NCBI GenBank assembly: GCA_947502835.1
Contig: CANNBJ010000002.1
Span: forward strand, 397,850-461,849
Reading direction: 5' to 3'
Length of the DNA: 64,000 nucleotides
From: Bdellovibrionales bacterium
GTDB lineage: Bacteria; Bdellovibrionota; UBA1018; CAIMNF01
Part shown: in pieces, positions 26,963 to 37,804 of the stretch
How positions within the stretch are numbered: the stretch's first letter is position 1
Layout of the letters: every line of letters begins with the position of its first letter
Notes under the pieces: model-generated
The model's database searches: none
What the model was told of the DNA's origin: nothing
Seen by the model: only the letters and a program-made list of their open reading frames with translations
Made by a program: the position numbers and the translations under genes

Positions 26963-28222
26963 TCAAGGGCCCGCCTGGAGGTTCCGTCTGAGGCAATCAA
27001 TTGCGGATTGAGCGGCTCTTTCCTTGTTTCGTTCGCGGTGATTCTCGTAGCGATATTCACGGGCAACCGTTCCACCTGCATGGGCAAGTGCGATCCAAAC
27101 GGTTCCCACCGGGGCAAACGGATCCCCGCCGGTGGGGCCGAGATAGCCCGTGGTTGCAAGACCGTAGTCGGTTCCCCACTTCCTCCGGACCCCTTCCGCC
27201 ATGGCGCGCGCGGTTTCCCCGGAAACCACCCCCCGGGACTCGAGCAGCGCTCCCGGAATGCCAAGCTCGCTCTGTTTCAGTTCCTCCTGATAGGGGATGA
27301 TCGCTCCGCGCAGGACTTTGGATGCGCCCGGGATCTGGGTCAGGCGATGGGTCACGAGACCCCCGGTGCAACTTTCAGCCAGGGCGAGCGTCCGGTTCAA
27401 CTCCCGCAGGCGGGTGATCACAAGTGCATCTATGCTGCCAGGCTCCCGTCCAAAATAATCCTCTCCGCACGCCGATTGAAGCTCAGAGGTCATTTCTGCG
27501 AAAAACGCTTCTTCTTCCGGAGTCCGGCACCGCATTTGGAGGCGGAGTCTCACCGTGGTCAGGCTTGGCAAAAATGCGAGTGTCATGGAGGGGATGGAGG
27601 CAACTTTTCTGACAAAAGGATCAAGCCGGCTTGCAAGTGCGCTTTCTCCAACCCCGGTGGTGAGAAGAGTGGTTTTCAAGATCCGCTCGCCCGATGCCAA
27701 GCTCTTTGAGCCAAGGTTTGGAAGAACGAAGCGTTCCATCATGCTCTTCATTTCATGAGGGACTCCGGGCATCACAAACACGGAGGTCTTGCCTTCTTCG
27801 AGGAATTGCCCTGCTGCGGTTCCGCAGTCGTTGTCGATTCGAGTGGCTCCTTTCAGTAAAAAGGCCTGCTTCCGGTTGTTCTCTGTCATCTCGCGATTCC
27901 GGCTCCGGAAGAATTGCTCCAATGTACCGAGCCACTCCTGATCCATTTCGAGCGGGACCTTGAAAAACCGTGAGAGAACTTCGAGGGTGATGTCATCGTG
28001 GGTCGGACCGAGGCCTCCTCCGATCAGAAGGGCATCACTGCTCTTCAGAAGAAAGGAAACCGCGTCCCGGATGGAGTCCTCTCGATCCCCCACAGTGAGA
28101 TGAGCGGTCACTTCCCAGCCGATTTCCGTGAGCCGCTCACTCATCCACTGGGCGTTCGAGTTCAGGACCTGACCGATGAGGAGTTCGTCTCCGATGGTGA
28201 GGAGGGAGGCCTTGCAGGACAT
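26963..28222 (-). CDS. cinA: CinA-family protein (MoCF-like N-domain plus NMN deamidase C-domain)
   Basis: MSCKASLLTIGDELLIGQVLNSNAQWM N-terminus with a C-terminal CinA domain. Internal start at 28222; the track ORF extends to 28399. Confidence 0.85.
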   Translation of the reverse strand: MSCKASLLTIGDELLIGQVLNSNAQWMSERLTEIGWEVTAHLTVGDREDSIRDAVSFLLKSSDALLIGGGLGPTHDDITLEVLSRFFKVPLEMDQEWLGTLEQFFRSRNREMTENNRKQAFLLKGATRIDNDCGTAAGQFLEEGKTSVFVMPGVPHEMKSMMERFVLPNLGSKSLASGERILKTTLLTTGVGESALASRLDPFVRKVASIPSMTLAFLPSLTTVRLRLQMRCRTPEEEAFFAEMTSELQSACGEDYFGREPGSIDALVITRLRELNRTLALAESCTGGLVTHRLTQIPGASKVLRGAIIPYQEELKQSELGIPGALLESRGVVSGETARAMAEGVRRKWGTDYGLATTGYLGPTGGDPFAPVGTVWIALAHAGGTVAREYRYENHRERNKERAAQSAIDCLRRNLQAGP

Positions 28223-28226
28223 GGTC

Positions 28227-30191
28227 TCACTCCTCTTCGTTCGCACGAAGGCGCTCAAGCACCGAAAAGTCTTCGAGAGTGGAGGTGTCGCCCGAGGTTT
28301 TTCCCGTGGTGACCATTTCACGCAGCAGTCTCCGCATGATCTTTCCGGATCGTGTCTTCGGGAGGGCATCGGTGAACCGGATCTCGTCGGGCCGCGCAAT
28401 CGGACCGATTTCCTTTGCCACCCAAGTTTTGAGTTCTTCCTGCATCCGCGGGAGATCGGGGGTTCCGGTCACCGCCCCGGATTTCAAGGAAACGAAAGCG
28501 ATCAGCGCGCTTCCCTTCAGTTCGTCAGGCCTTGCAACCACCGCGGATTCTGCAACCTTCGGATGGGAGACAAGCGCACTTTCGATTTCCGCCGTGCCGA
28601 GGCGATGTCCACTGACATTCACCACATCATCGACCCTTCCCATGATCCAGAAGTATCCGTCCTTATCCTTTCGGGCCCCGTCGCCCGTGAAGTACCACTT
28701 CTGTTTCTTGAAATCCGAGAAGTAAGTTTTCGCGTATCTCTCCGGATCTCCGAAAACATTCCGGAGCATCGAGGGCCAGGGATGTTTCACGACGAGGAGG
28801 CCGCCTTCATTGGGTTTGCAGGGCTTCCCCTCTTTGGTCACCACATCCGCAAGGATTCCCGGCAAGGGAAGCGTCGCAGAGCCCGGTTTGGCGGGGATTG
28901 CACCCGGAAGGGGTGCGATCAAGATCGATCCTGTCTCGGTCTGCCACCAGGTGTCCACGATCGGACATCGCTTCTTCCCGATGACCCTGTGATACCACAT
29001 CCATGCCTCGGGATTGATCGGTTCGCCGACTGTCCCCAATAATCGAAGGGAGCGAAGATCGTGTCGCTCCGGAAAGTCCTCTCCCAAACGCATGAAGGAG
29101 CGGATCGCGGTGGGAGCCGTATAAAAAATCGTGGCCCGATGGCGATCAATCATCGACCAGAGGCGATCGGGAGCGGGGTAGGTGGGAACGCCCTCGTACA
29201 TCAGCAGGGTCGCGCCGTTCATGAGTGGTCCGTAGGCAAGATACGAGTGTCCGGTGATCCAGCCGACATCCGCTGTGCAAAAGTAGATGTCTTCGTCCTT
29301 CAGATCAAAAACGACTTTGCTTGTGTAACGGGTCTGGGTCAGGTAGCCACCGGTCGTGTGCAGGATTCCTTTCGGCTTTCCGGTGGATCCGCTCGTGTAA
29401 AGAATGAACAGAGGGTGTTCACTGTCAAACCCCTCGGCTTTGCAGTCGGTGGAACAACCGGCCAGGAGATCGCTCCACCAGACGTCGCGTCCTTCCTTCA
29501 TCGGGGTTTCCTGTCCTGTCCGTTTCAGGACCACCACGCTCTGAAGACCCGGAACCTGATCCAGCACTGCGTGGACCGCACCCTTCAAGGCGGAGGGGGA
29601 TCCCTTTCGAAATGCGCCGTCCTGGGTGAGCAACACTTTCGCCCTCGAGTCAAGCAGCCGATCCCGCAAGGCTTCGGCCGAGAAGCCCCCGAAGACCACA
29701 TTGTGGGTGGCTCCGATCCTTGCGCAGGCGAGCATGGCTTGCAGGGTTTCCGGAACCATGCCCATGTAAATTCCCACCACATCGCCTTTTCGCACACCCA
29801 GTGAGCGCAGGCCGTTTGCGAGACGGTTCACGTCAAGGGAAAGCTGCTGATAGGTGAGGGTCCTGACCTCTCCGGGCTCCCCTTCCCAGAGAATCGCTGC
29901 TTTGTTTTTCCGGTGGGTGTTCAGATGGATGTCGATCGCGTTCTCGCAGGCATTGAGTTTTCCGCCTGCAAACCATTTTGCGAATGGAAACTTCCACACG
30001 AGGGTTTTCTTGAACGGTTTTTGCCAGAGCAGTTCCTTTGCCTCGTTGGCCCAAAAACGGGTCGGATTGCGCTCCGCAAGCCTCCTCATTTTTTGATAGG
30101 AGGCGAAGCTTGCGATTCCCGCGTGTTTCACGAATTCGGAACTCGGTTTGAAGGTTCGGGATTCTTTCAGGACAGAAGAAATTTCAGGCAT
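28227..30191 (-). CDS. acs: acetyl-CoA synthetase (acetate--CoA ligase)
   Basis: Full-length AMP-forming acyl-CoA synthetase with the Acs motifs ([33 protein letters not shown]). Confidence 0.95.
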   Translation of the reverse strand: MPEISSVLKESRTFKPSSEFVKHAGIASFASYQKMRRLAERNPTRFWANEAKELLWQKPFKKTLVWKFPFAKWFAGGKLNACENAIDIHLNTHRKNKAAILWEGEPGEVRTLTYQQLSLDVNRLANGLRSLGVRKGDVVGIYMGMVPETLQAMLACARIGATHNVVFGGFSAEALRDRLLDSRAKVLLTQDGAFRKGSPSALKGAVHAVLDQVPGLQSVVVLKRTGQETPMKEGRDVWWSDLLAGCSTDCKAEGFDSEHPLFILYTSGSTGKPKGILHTTGGYLTQTRYTSKVVFDLKDEDIYFCTADVGWITGHSYLAYGPLMNGATLLMYEGVPTYPAPDRLWSMIDRHRATIFYTAPTAIRSFMRLGEDFPERHDLRSLRLLGTVGEPINPEAWMWYHRVIGKKRCPIVDTWWQTETGSILIAPLPGAIPAKPGSATLPLPGILADVVTKEGKPCKPNEGGLLVVKHPWPSMLRNVFGDPERYAKTYFSDFKKQKWYFTGDGARKDKDGYFWIMGRVDDVVNVSGHRLGTAEIESALVSHPKVAESAVVARPDELKGSALIAFVSLKSGAVTGTPDLPRMQEELKTWVAKEIGPIARPDEIRFTDALPKTRSGKIMRRLLREMVTTGKTSGDTSTLEDFSVLERLRANEEE

Positions 30192-30279
30192 GGGGAAGGG
30201 TGTAATCCACCCCGGACAGGCTTCGCAAGGCGGAAAGGCGCCCGTTTTGCGAAATCATGATTTGTGGTAGCGTCGGATC

Positions 30280-31425
30280 ATGAAAAAGATCCGACTTCTC
30301 ACTCCCGGTCCGACTGCGATTCCAGAGTCGGTTTTGGCCAAGTTCGCCGAACCCGTCATTCATCACCGTACGTCCCTGTTTGAGACCGAGTTCAAAGTCC
30401 TTCAGGATCATTTGAAATGGTTGTTCCAGACCAAACAATTGGTTCTCACTCTGACCTGCACTGGCACCGGAGCCATGGAATCCACGGTCGCGGGGCTGTT
30501 TTCCCCCGGGGATTCCGTGATCGTCGTGAATGGCGGCAAGTTTGGCGAACGCTGGACAAAACTCTCGAAAACCTACGGGCTGAATGTGGATGAGATCCTG
30601 CTCGAACGGGGTACGGCGGTTTCCCTGCAGGAGTTGGAAGCAAGAATGCGGGCGAATCCCGGGGCAAAGGCCGTTTTGTTCCAGGCCTCCGAAACTTCAA
30701 CCGGGGCATTGATGCCCGTGAAGGGGATTGTTGATCTTTGCAGGACCCATGGAATGCTGAGCGTGTGTGACGGAATCACGGCGGTGGGGATCCTGAATCT
30801 GCCCATGGATGAGTGGGGAATCGATGTTTTGATTACCGGGTCGCAGAAGGCGCTGATGCTGCCCCCCGGGCTCTCCTTTCTTGCGCTGAGCGAGCGCGCA
30901 TGGAAGGCGACGGAATCTTCCCGATTACCGAAATATTACTTTGACCTCGTTCGCGAAAGAAAGATGCAGGAAAAGCAGCAAACAGCGTGGACTCCCGGCA
31001 TCTCCCTGATTCACGGGGGAGTGGAATCACTGCGCCTGCTCCGCGAGGAGGGGCTCCCCGCTTTGTTCGAGCGACATGAGCGCTTGGCCCGATGCACGCG
31101 TGCGGCCGCAACGGCGCTGGGGCTCGAGTTTTTCTCGCGATCGCCTTCTCCCGTCCTGACGACGGTGAAGGTGCCGGAATCGTTTTCGGTCGAGCAGGGC
31201 AAGCAGATCCAGAAAATCATGCAGGAAAAATACGGGGTCATCATCACGGGAGGACAGGACGAGCTTCAGGGCAAGATTTTGAGGCTGTCCCACTTCGGAT
31301 ACTGCGATGTGTTCGATGTGATGACCGGAATCGGAGCGCTGGAGCTTGCCCTCGCCGACCTCGGGCACCCGGTCAGGTTCGGATCCGGCACAGGGGCGGT
31401 TCTCACGGCATTTCGGGAAACCTGA
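30280..31425 (+). CDS. class V aminotransferase (serine-pyruvate/alanine-glyoxylate type)
   Basis: LLTPGPTAIPESVL...IHHRTSLFE N-terminus and the AGXT-family fold. Confidence 0.85.
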   Translation: MKKIRLLTPGPTAIPESVLAKFAEPVIHHRTSLFETEFKVLQDHLKWLFQTKQLVLTLTCTGTGAMESTVAGLFSPGDSVIVVNGGKFGERWTKLSKTYGLNVDEILLERGTAVSLQELEARMRANPGAKAVLFQASETSTGALMPVKGIVDLCRTHGMLSVCDGITAVGILNLPMDEWGIDVLITGSQKALMLPPGLSFLALSERAWKATESSRLPKYYFDLVRERKMQEKQQTAWTPGISLIHGGVESLRLLREEGLPALFERHERLARCTRAAATALGLEFFSRSPSPVLTTVKVPESFSVEQGKQIQKIMQEKYGVIITGGQDELQGKILRLSHFGYCDVFDVMTGIGALELALADLGHPVRFGSGTGAVLTAFRET

Positions 31426-33271
31426 AGAGACTGCACTCGTTCCACTCGAAGTCTTTCACGCAGCCCAAGGCTCTCCGGATCGGAGTGGAGAGAAGATCCT
31501 TTTTCCGGTCGTCCCCGTCCGTGTGGGTGTCGTGCAGGTATTTCCGCAGGACATCGGTCTCCCTGGGGAATTCCCTCGCGAGCGAAGGGCCGTCACATTG
31601 CCAGGAATTCCCGGCGAGGAAGGTCATCCGCCGATCCCATGCCGATTGGATCTCGCGCAACTCCTCGGCAATCACCAGGCTCCCGATCGAGTCCGCAAAG
31701 CGTTCCGATGAGGGGGAACTGAAGTCTTCGTCGATGAGTTCCTTGCGCTCCGAGAATTCTCCTTCATTCCGGATCATTTCTGCTTCGATTCGTTCAAACA
31801 GGGAGGTCGTGAATTTCAGGGAATTTCTGAGGCGCTCTGAAGGGTCGCTCGCAGAGGAACACTGATACTCCATGCCGAATACGGTGAGGATGGAAAGCTC
31901 CCCGCTCAAATCCTCATGTTTCCACTGGGTCTGCAAGTAGTGGCATGCGTTCATGAAGGACGGGTTCTTTGCCCTTTTTCCATTTGCGAGGGGAAGCGCG
32001 GGCTGGGTGATGCGAATGAAAGCCTCCTCATCGGCAAGGGCGCGGATTTTCTCCCGGATTGCGGATTCGGCAAAGCGGGTGATTGCCTCCTCCCGAAGCA
32101 GTCGTGTCTCCGGTTTTTTCTTGAGGCAGCGGTTGAATTCCCTGAGGGGAGGCTCGAATCCTGAAATGCCCTCCATCAGGTCGCGCGTCCCGGTTTTGAA
32201 GTCGCTCCAGTCCTCGCAGGAGGCGGCGGAAGGGGTTCCCCCGCAGAGGCGTTGGTTGAAGATTTCAAGTTTCCGGGAGAGCTCGCTGCTTTTGTAAAAA
32301 AGATGAAGGCTCCTCGAGTGATCAAGCGCATGAGCCATTTCATGGGCAAGGGTGATCATCATGTCCTCGCTGTTGAAATCACCCGCGCACACCGTGAGTG
32401 CGTTGAGATTCGGATAGTAGAATGCGTTCATGTTGGTTGAGGAACAATCTTGATCGACAATTTCCGGCAGGCTCCCCGGCAGGACGAGGGTCAAGGAGCG
32501 GATTCTCCCGATCCAGTCGGATTTCAGCTCCTGAGTCACGGGCAGGGAGGGGATCAGCTTCAGGTAGGTTTTCCTCAGTTTTTCAAACGTCGTGGTCACT
32601 TTCTTCCAATTCGGATGATCGCGCCAGATTGCCTTGGAAATTTCGGAAAGAAGGATTTTTTGTTCTATCTTCGAGGTGTGAACCATTTCCGGAGGGAGGA
32701 GGGATGCGGGGATCCGGGGGAATTCGGGAAAGCGGTTGGTCAGTCTCGTGATCAGGGTGTCACTCAGAGCAAGGTTCCACAGGTGCTCCACCCGGTGCTC
32801 CACCTCATTGGCCTCGATTCTGTCCATCAAGGACATCTTCTCGAAAGGCTCACGGTGGATCAGCGAGTCGAGTGTTTCGAAGTACCGGTGTGCTTTCAGG
32901 ATGGAATAAAAGTCGCGGGGCAATCGTTCGCGATTCCGGATCTTGCTTCGGGAGAGCTCGTGATACACGTGGTGGAGGCCGTTCCGTGTTTTCCCTTGCA
33001 GGATGTAAATGGGGCCACCCCTTTGCTGCTGGATGATCAAATTGCCTTCGGACTCCGGACCATAGAGTGAATCGCAGTACTGAGACATGAGGGCGAGACA
33101 TCCGGTTTCCGAGGGACGCCTCATTTCGGTCCCGGGAGGGGAGAGGGTCGTGATCCCGGCATCCGTCTCGCTGCTGACCCTGAACATGCTGCACGAAACC
33201 AGTGCAGGACCTCCTAGAATCAAGAAAATGGTTTGAAAAACGAGCCGGTACATCATCCTTAATGATCTCAT
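31403..33271 (-). CDS. HExxH zinc-metallopeptidase-like lipoprotein
   Basis: Lipobox ILGGPALVSC after MRSLRMMYRLVFQTIF, and the motif ITLAHEMAHALDH. Family unresolved. The 3' end overlaps the aminotransferase by 23 nt, convergently. Confidence 0.5.
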   Translation of the reverse strand: MRSLRMMYRLVFQTIFLILGGPALVSCSMFRVSSETDAGITTLSPPGTEMRRPSETGCLALMSQYCDSLYGPESEGNLIIQQQRGGPIYILQGKTRNGLHHVYHELSRSKIRNRERLPRDFYSILKAHRYFETLDSLIHREPFEKMSLMDRIEANEVEHRVEHLWNLALSDTLITRLTNRFPEFPRIPASLLPPEMVHTSKIEQKILLSEISKAIWRDHPNWKKVTTTFEKLRKTYLKLIPSLPVTQELKSDWIGRIRSLTLVLPGSLPEIVDQDCSSTNMNAFYYPNLNALTVCAGDFNSEDMMITLAHEMAHALDHSRSLHLFYKSSELSRKLEIFNQRLCGGTPSAASCEDWSDFKTGTRDLMEGISGFEPPLREFNRCLKKKPETRLLREEAITRFAESAIREKIRALADEEAFIRITQPALPLANGKRAKNPSFMNACHYLQTQWKHEDLSGELSILTVFGMEYQCSSASDPSERLRNSLKFTTSLFERIEAEMIRNEGEFSERKELIDEDFSSPSSERFADSIGSLVIAEELREIQSAWDRRMTFLAGNSWQCDGPSLAREFPRETDVLRKYLHDTHTDGDDRKKDLLSTPIRRALGCVKDFEWNECSLFRFPEMP

Positions 33272-33378
33272 TGGAGCGGGACGGGGGGTAGTGTGTCGGG
33301 CAGGACCCTCTTTTAAAAAAATCTTGATCCCTTGGGTCGCATCTGTTAGACCTGAGCTTCCTTTCAAGCAGTTACGAT

Positions 33379-33454
33379 GAGTCCATAGCTCAGTTGGTAG
33401 AGCATTTCACTTTTAATGAAAGGGTCGAAGGTTCGAATCCTTCTGGACTCACCA
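33379..33454 (+). tRNA. tRNA-Lys (anticodon TTT)
   Basis: 76-nt cloverleaf GAGTCCATAGCTCAGTTGGTAGAGC...CTTTTAA...GGTTCGAATCC...TGGACTCACCA, with an encoded CCA. Confidence 0.85.
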
Positions 33455-33471
33455 CTTTTAAGCCGAATCAA

Positions 33472-34041
33472 ATGGTTACTGACATCATTCCATTCCTAGG
33501 TACGGTTTTTTCCCTGGCAATCCTCGAAACCCTTCTGTCCCTCGACAATGCGGTTGTTCTTGCCCTCATGGCCTCCGAGCTTCCGGAGCGGGAGCAGAAA
33601 AAGGCTCTCAAGTACGGACTTTGGGGTGCCGTGATTCTCCGGATTCTCGCCGTTTATTTTGCAACCCAGCTCGTGAGCATCGCATGGGTGAAGGCCCTCG
33701 GGGGCGCTTACCTTCTTTGGCTTGCGATCGTTTATTTCGTCAAAAAGGGTGGGGGCAAGAAAAAGACCCATAGAACCTCGAAGAACTTCTGGGCAGTGGT
33801 TTTCTGGATCGAGTTAACGGATTTGGTTTTTGCCATTGATTCCATCCTCGCTGCGGTGGCGATCACCTCGAACTACTGGGCGATCGTGGCCGGTGGCCTG
33901 ATGGGTGTTGTGGCCATCCGGTTTGCGGCGGGCAGGTTCATTGTTCTGCTCGAGCGCTATCCGAAGATTGAAACCTTTGCGTATCTCCTGGTGGCGGGGG
34001 TGGGCCTCAAGGTTCTGGTCCAGGTCTCCTATTCCTTTTGA
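33472..34041 (+). CDS. TerC-family integral membrane protein
   Basis: LSLDNAVVLAL motif and multiple TM helices. Internal start at 33472; the track ORF 33394 overlaps the tRNA. Confidence 0.8.
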   Translation: MVTDIIPFLGTVFSLAILETLLSLDNAVVLALMASELPEREQKKALKYGLWGAVILRILAVYFATQLVSIAWVKALGGAYLLWLAIVYFVKKGGGKKKTHRTSKNFWAVVFWIELTDLVFAIDSILAAVAITSNYWAIVAGGLMGVVAIRFAAGRFIVLLERYPKIETFAYLLVAGVGLKVLVQVSYSF

Positions 34042-35378
34042 TAGCTCTGTACTTCGATCTGGCTTTCGGGAATGCCGAGAATCTTTGCGATCGGGCCTCT
34101 TGAAAGGGATGAGGTTGCAACAAGCCCGACCATCAGCCGTTCCGGCTCAAGGAATGTAGCCAGGGCCGCATTCACCTGGTCCCGGGTGATCTTCGAAATC
34201 CGGTCGGCGTAGTCGGTGAAATATCCCTCAGGAAGTCCAAAGACCACCTCGGTGAGCCGGTTCTCGAGGCGTCTTTGCGGGGTGTTGTAGGTGAAGCCCG
34301 CACTGTTGATGATGCTCTTTCTTGCAAAATCAAATTCCTTCTCTGTGATCCCGTTTTGCTTCAGATCCCGGACCATGTTCAGGGCCTCTTGGATTGCAGC
34401 GGGGGTATCCGCATTCTTCGGAAAGAAGCCGATCTTCCACGAGTGGGGGCTGCTTCCCAGTTTGAAGTTGCTCCCGGCTCCATAGGTCCATCCCCGTTTC
34501 ACACGCAGTTCAATCATGAGGCGGGCCTGGAATCCGGCCCCGCCAAAGGCATGGTTGGCAAGCTGAAGGGCGTCGAGATCCGGGGTTTTGAAGGAGACCC
34601 CCTTCTGTCCGATGAGCACTTGGGTTTGGGTCCGCTCGGGTTTGTCGAAGATCACCACGCGGAGTTTCTGATTTTTCTGTTCGAATTCGGGAATCGGGGC
34701 GATCGAACGGGAATCCGCCTTTCCGCGGGAGACCGCCCCCACAAACTCCTCGAATCGGGAACGTTCCGCATCGCCGGCAGCCAGAAGGACGAGATTCGGT
34801 CCCGTGATCAGTTTTTGATACTGACTCTGAAGGTCCGCAACCCCCAGTTTCTGGATGTCCTTGATTTTTCCATGATTTGGCTTCGAATAAGGGTGTCCGC
34901 GGAAAAAGGTTTCATCAAAGCGGAGCTTCACAAGCGAGCGATCCTGGTTCAATTCGTCGAGAAGTGCGGAACTCTGCTCTTTCTTCAGTTTTTCCAGCTC
35001 AAGGGATCGGAATGAGGGTGTCGTGATGATCTCGGTCAAAAGTGAAAGGTATGCCGGAAGGTTTTCGGAAAGCACCATCCCCCGGAATGCGATGAACTCG
35101 GCGCGGGTCTCGAACTCGATTGCGCCCCCCATCTGATCAAGGGCAAGATCGATCTGCGACTTTGTCTTGTTCTTGGTGCCCCGAAGCATCAATCGCCCCA
35201 TCAAGTCGGTGGCTCCGCTTTTCTGATCGGGGTCCTGGGTCGCGCCTCCGCGGAAAGCAGCGGTCACATACACAAGTGGGAGCGATGGGTCCCGTTCAAA
35301 AAAGAACTCTGCCGCCAAAGCGGGTACATGAAGGAACACTTGGACGAAAACGAATGCCAGAATGGTTTTTGGTTTCAT
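34029..35378 (-). CDS. M16-family peptidase, non-catalytic-type subunit
   Basis: Secreted insulinase-fold protein lacking HxxEH. It is paired with the upstream catalytic M16. Confidence 0.75.
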   Translation of the reverse strand: MKPKTILAFVFVQVFLHVPALAAEFFFERDPSLPLVYVTAAFRGGATQDPDQKSGATDLMGRLMLRGTKNKTKSQIDLALDQMGGAIEFETRAEFIAFRGMVLSENLPAYLSLLTEIITTPSFRSLELEKLKKEQSSALLDELNQDRSLVKLRFDETFFRGHPYSKPNHGKIKDIQKLGVADLQSQYQKLITGPNLVLLAAGDAERSRFEEFVGAVSRGKADSRSIAPIPEFEQKNQKLRVVIFDKPERTQTQVLIGQKGVSFKTPDLDALQLANHAFGGAGFQARLMIELRVKRGWTYGAGSNFKLGSSPHSWKIGFFPKNADTPAAIQEALNMVRDLKQNGITEKEFDFARKSIINSAGFTYNTPQRRLENRLTEVVFGLPEGYFTDYADRISKITRDQVNAALATFLEPERLMVGLVATSSLSRGPIAKILGIPESQIEVQSYQKE

Positions 35379-35401
35379 ATAGATTCTTCCCTGTGGATTT
35401 C

Positions 35402-36793
35402 TCATGGGCGTTTTTTCGGCACCGCAATCACGACGGTCATTTTCGAGGTGTCGAAGTAGCGTTTCACTGCATTCTTGACCTGTTCCGGGTTGAGGTCGTA
35501 GACCTGATCCTGCAAGCGGATTCCGCGCTCAAGCCCGCCCACCGATGTCTCGGCCTGACCGATGAAGTTCGCCTTTCCGCTCGCGCTCGCGAGTCGTTCC
35601 AGAAACTTGAATCTCATCACATTCTTCGAGCGGGTGAGTTCTTCTGCGCCCACCGGAGAATTCTTCAGGCGATCGATTTCCCGGAGGATCACCGTTTCTG
35701 CAAGAAGCGCACTCTTTCCCTTTTGGAGATCGGCCTCGATCATGAAAAGGCCCGGGTCCTTCATCGTGAATGATCCCGAACTGACGGAGACCGCGATCCC
35801 CGAATCCACCAGCGCTCTTTTCAGGCGGCCGTTTTTCCCCTCGGACAGCAATCCTTGGATGGCTTCGAACGCGGGACTGTCGGGGGAGTCTGCGGCGGGC
35901 ACCTTGAAAGCCATCCAGATTTTCTCGACCTCGATGTTCAGTTCGAGTCTCTTTCTTCTCTGCGCTGTTTGCTCCGGTTCCGGTTTCACAGGAGCGTCCG
36001 GAATTCTTTTTGCCGGAATGCCGCCGTAGATCTTCTCGACTCTCCGGAGAGCCTTCTCGGGATCGACATCCCCCACGATGACCAAGGTTGCGCGATCCGG
36101 GCTGTAGTAGCGCTCGTAAAATTCGCGTGCATCCTTTGCATTCATCACATTGAGGTCCTGTTCGTATCCGATGACCGGCCAGTGATAGGGGTGCTCGAGA
36201 AAAGCGGTTTCAAGCAGGGTTTGATAGATGGTTCCCTCCGCGGAATTCTCCTTCCGGAATCGCCTTTCGTTCTGAACCACCTCCCGCTCGGTATTGAAGG
36301 ATTGCTCATTCACGATGAGGTTCACCATCCGATCCCCTTCAAGGGAGCTGATGAGGTCCAGGCCTTGTTTCGGGAGTTCCTGGATGTACACCGTGTGATC
36401 ATTCGAGGTGAATGCGTTCTCCCCCTCTGCCCCGGCCTCTTCGAGCAGCGCATCGAACTCACCTTGGGGATGTTTCGTTGTTCCCTTGAACATCATGTGT
36501 TCAAAAAGGTGGGCGAGCCCCGTTTTGCCGGGAACCTCATGAATGGAGCCGACGTTGAACCAGGTTTGATAGGCGAAGGTGGGGGAAGAGCGATCCTGAA
36601 GGATCATGACCGTGAGTCCGTTCGGGAGCCTGGCCCGGCGCACCTTGAAATCTCCCACAAAGGGGATCACCTCGAAACGTCCCTCCGTTTGAACTTCCGG
36701 ATGGCCGGGGATTGCCGGTTTCTTCGGGGTTTGGCTGCAAGAGGCCAGGGAGGCGAGGAGAATCACCAATGAGAGCTGCTGGAGTGGTCGCAT
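35402..36793 (-). CDS. M16-family zinc peptidase (catalytic, lipoprotein)
   Basis: Zinc motif HLFEHMMFKGT (HxxEH), lipobox LASC, and a GGGAGGA RBS before the ATG at 36793. Confidence 0.8.
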   Translation of the reverse strand: MRPLQQLSLVILLASLASCSQTPKKPAIPGHPEVQTEGRFEVIPFVGDFKVRRARLPNGLTVMILQDRSSPTFAYQTWFNVGSIHEVPGKTGLAHLFEHMMFKGTTKHPQGEFDALLEEAGAEGENAFTSNDHTVYIQELPKQGLDLISSLEGDRMVNLIVNEQSFNTEREVVQNERRFRKENSAEGTIYQTLLETAFLEHPYHWPVIGYEQDLNVMNAKDAREFYERYYSPDRATLVIVGDVDPEKALRRVEKIYGGIPAKRIPDAPVKPEPEQTAQRRKRLELNIEVEKIWMAFKVPAADSPDSPAFEAIQGLLSEGKNGRLKRALVDSGIAVSVSSGSFTMKDPGLFMIEADLQKGKSALLAETVILREIDRLKNSPVGAEELTRSKNVMRFKFLERLASASGKANFIGQAETSVGGLERGIRLQDQVYDLNPEQVKNAVKRYFDTSKMTVVIAVPKKRP

Positions 36794-36886
36794 ATTCCTC
36801 CCATGATCCATGAAACGCGCCCGAATGTCAGTGTTGATGTGTTGACTGAATGGGATGGATCTTCGTACTCTGGGAGAGGGGGGCGA

Positions 36887-37699
36887 ATGGCACAACTGAA
36901 TCACTACCGGAAGCCGCGGATTTTGCACGCCTCGGGAGGCGATCGCCGGAGGAACGCCGTGTACTGGGTGTTCGGACTTCTGGCGCTCGGGTTGATCGGT
37001 TTCGGGATCAAGCAGGCGGTGCGGTCATCCCTTTTCACTCTCCGATCCGTCGTGGTTGAACCGTTGTCGTCAAATTACCCCTTGAGTCGAGAACAGGTGC
37101 TGGAGATGGCCGATATCCGGGTGGGTTTCGGATCGTTGTTCGATCTCAAGCTGGCTCCTGTCGAATCACGCCTTCGGGAGCACCCCTGGGTTAAGGGTGT
37201 GATCCTTGGAAAACAGTTTCCCGGGACGCTCTCCCTTCGGGTGGTGGAGCGGACTCCGGTTGCGCTATTGACCGAGACGAACGGAAGAGTCCTGTATCTG
37301 GAGTCGGATGGCTCGACGTTCGAGGATCGTGCCCTGGTGTATCCGGGAGAACTGCCGATTCTGACCGGATTTTCCTCAACGGAGTCCGGAGTGCTCCGAA
37401 AAATCAATACGTTCGTTACCACATGGTTCGGGCCGGATGTGATTCCCGGGCTCAAGCTTTCTTCTCTCAGTTATGATGAAAAACTCGGCTTGCGCGCGAT
37501 GATCTCGTACCCCATGAAAAATCAGAAAGTCATGAGAACCGTTTTGGAGCTCGGCTTGAACCTTGAAGATGCCGCAGAGCTCCCTATAGAGAGGCTGAAG
37601 AAGGTTCTTCAATACATTGCGCAAAGATCGCAACCCGCGTCAAAGATTTGGCTTGGGAATGGTAAAAAAATCGTTGTCAAATTTTCGAGAGGTCCATAA
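36887..37699 (+). CDS. ftsQ: cell division protein FtsQ
   Basis: Single TM helix (VFGLLALGLIGFGI) followed by POTRA/FtsQ domains. Located immediately upstream of ftsA. A GGGAGAGGGGGG RBS is present. Confidence 0.75.
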   Translation: MAQLNHYRKPRILHASGGDRRRNAVYWVFGLLALGLIGFGIKQAVRSSLFTLRSVVVEPLSSNYPLSREQVLEMADIRVGFGSLFDLKLAPVESRLREHPWVKGVILGKQFPGTLSLRVVERTPVALLTETNGRVLYLESDGSTFEDRALVYPGELPILTGFSSTESGVLRKINTFVTTWFGPDVIPGLKLSSLSYDEKLGLRAMISYPMKNQKVMRTVLELGLNLEDAAELPIERLKKVLQYIAQRSQPASKIWLGNGKKIVVKFSRGP

Positions 37700-37804
37700 G
37701 CTTTTCGATAGATTGCGTCAGATGGAATTTTGTCGCAAAAAAAAAGCGACATGTTAGCATTAGGGATAAGTCGCTGCCCGTGCTCATGGAAGGAGGAGGG
37801 TCAA

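Noticed and set aside
36842-36871. TTGACT-N18-TACTCT sigma-70-like promoter upstream of ftsQ.
   Set aside because: The spacer is 18 nt, and the -10 element would place the transcription start inside the RBS. Too weak to call without TSS data.
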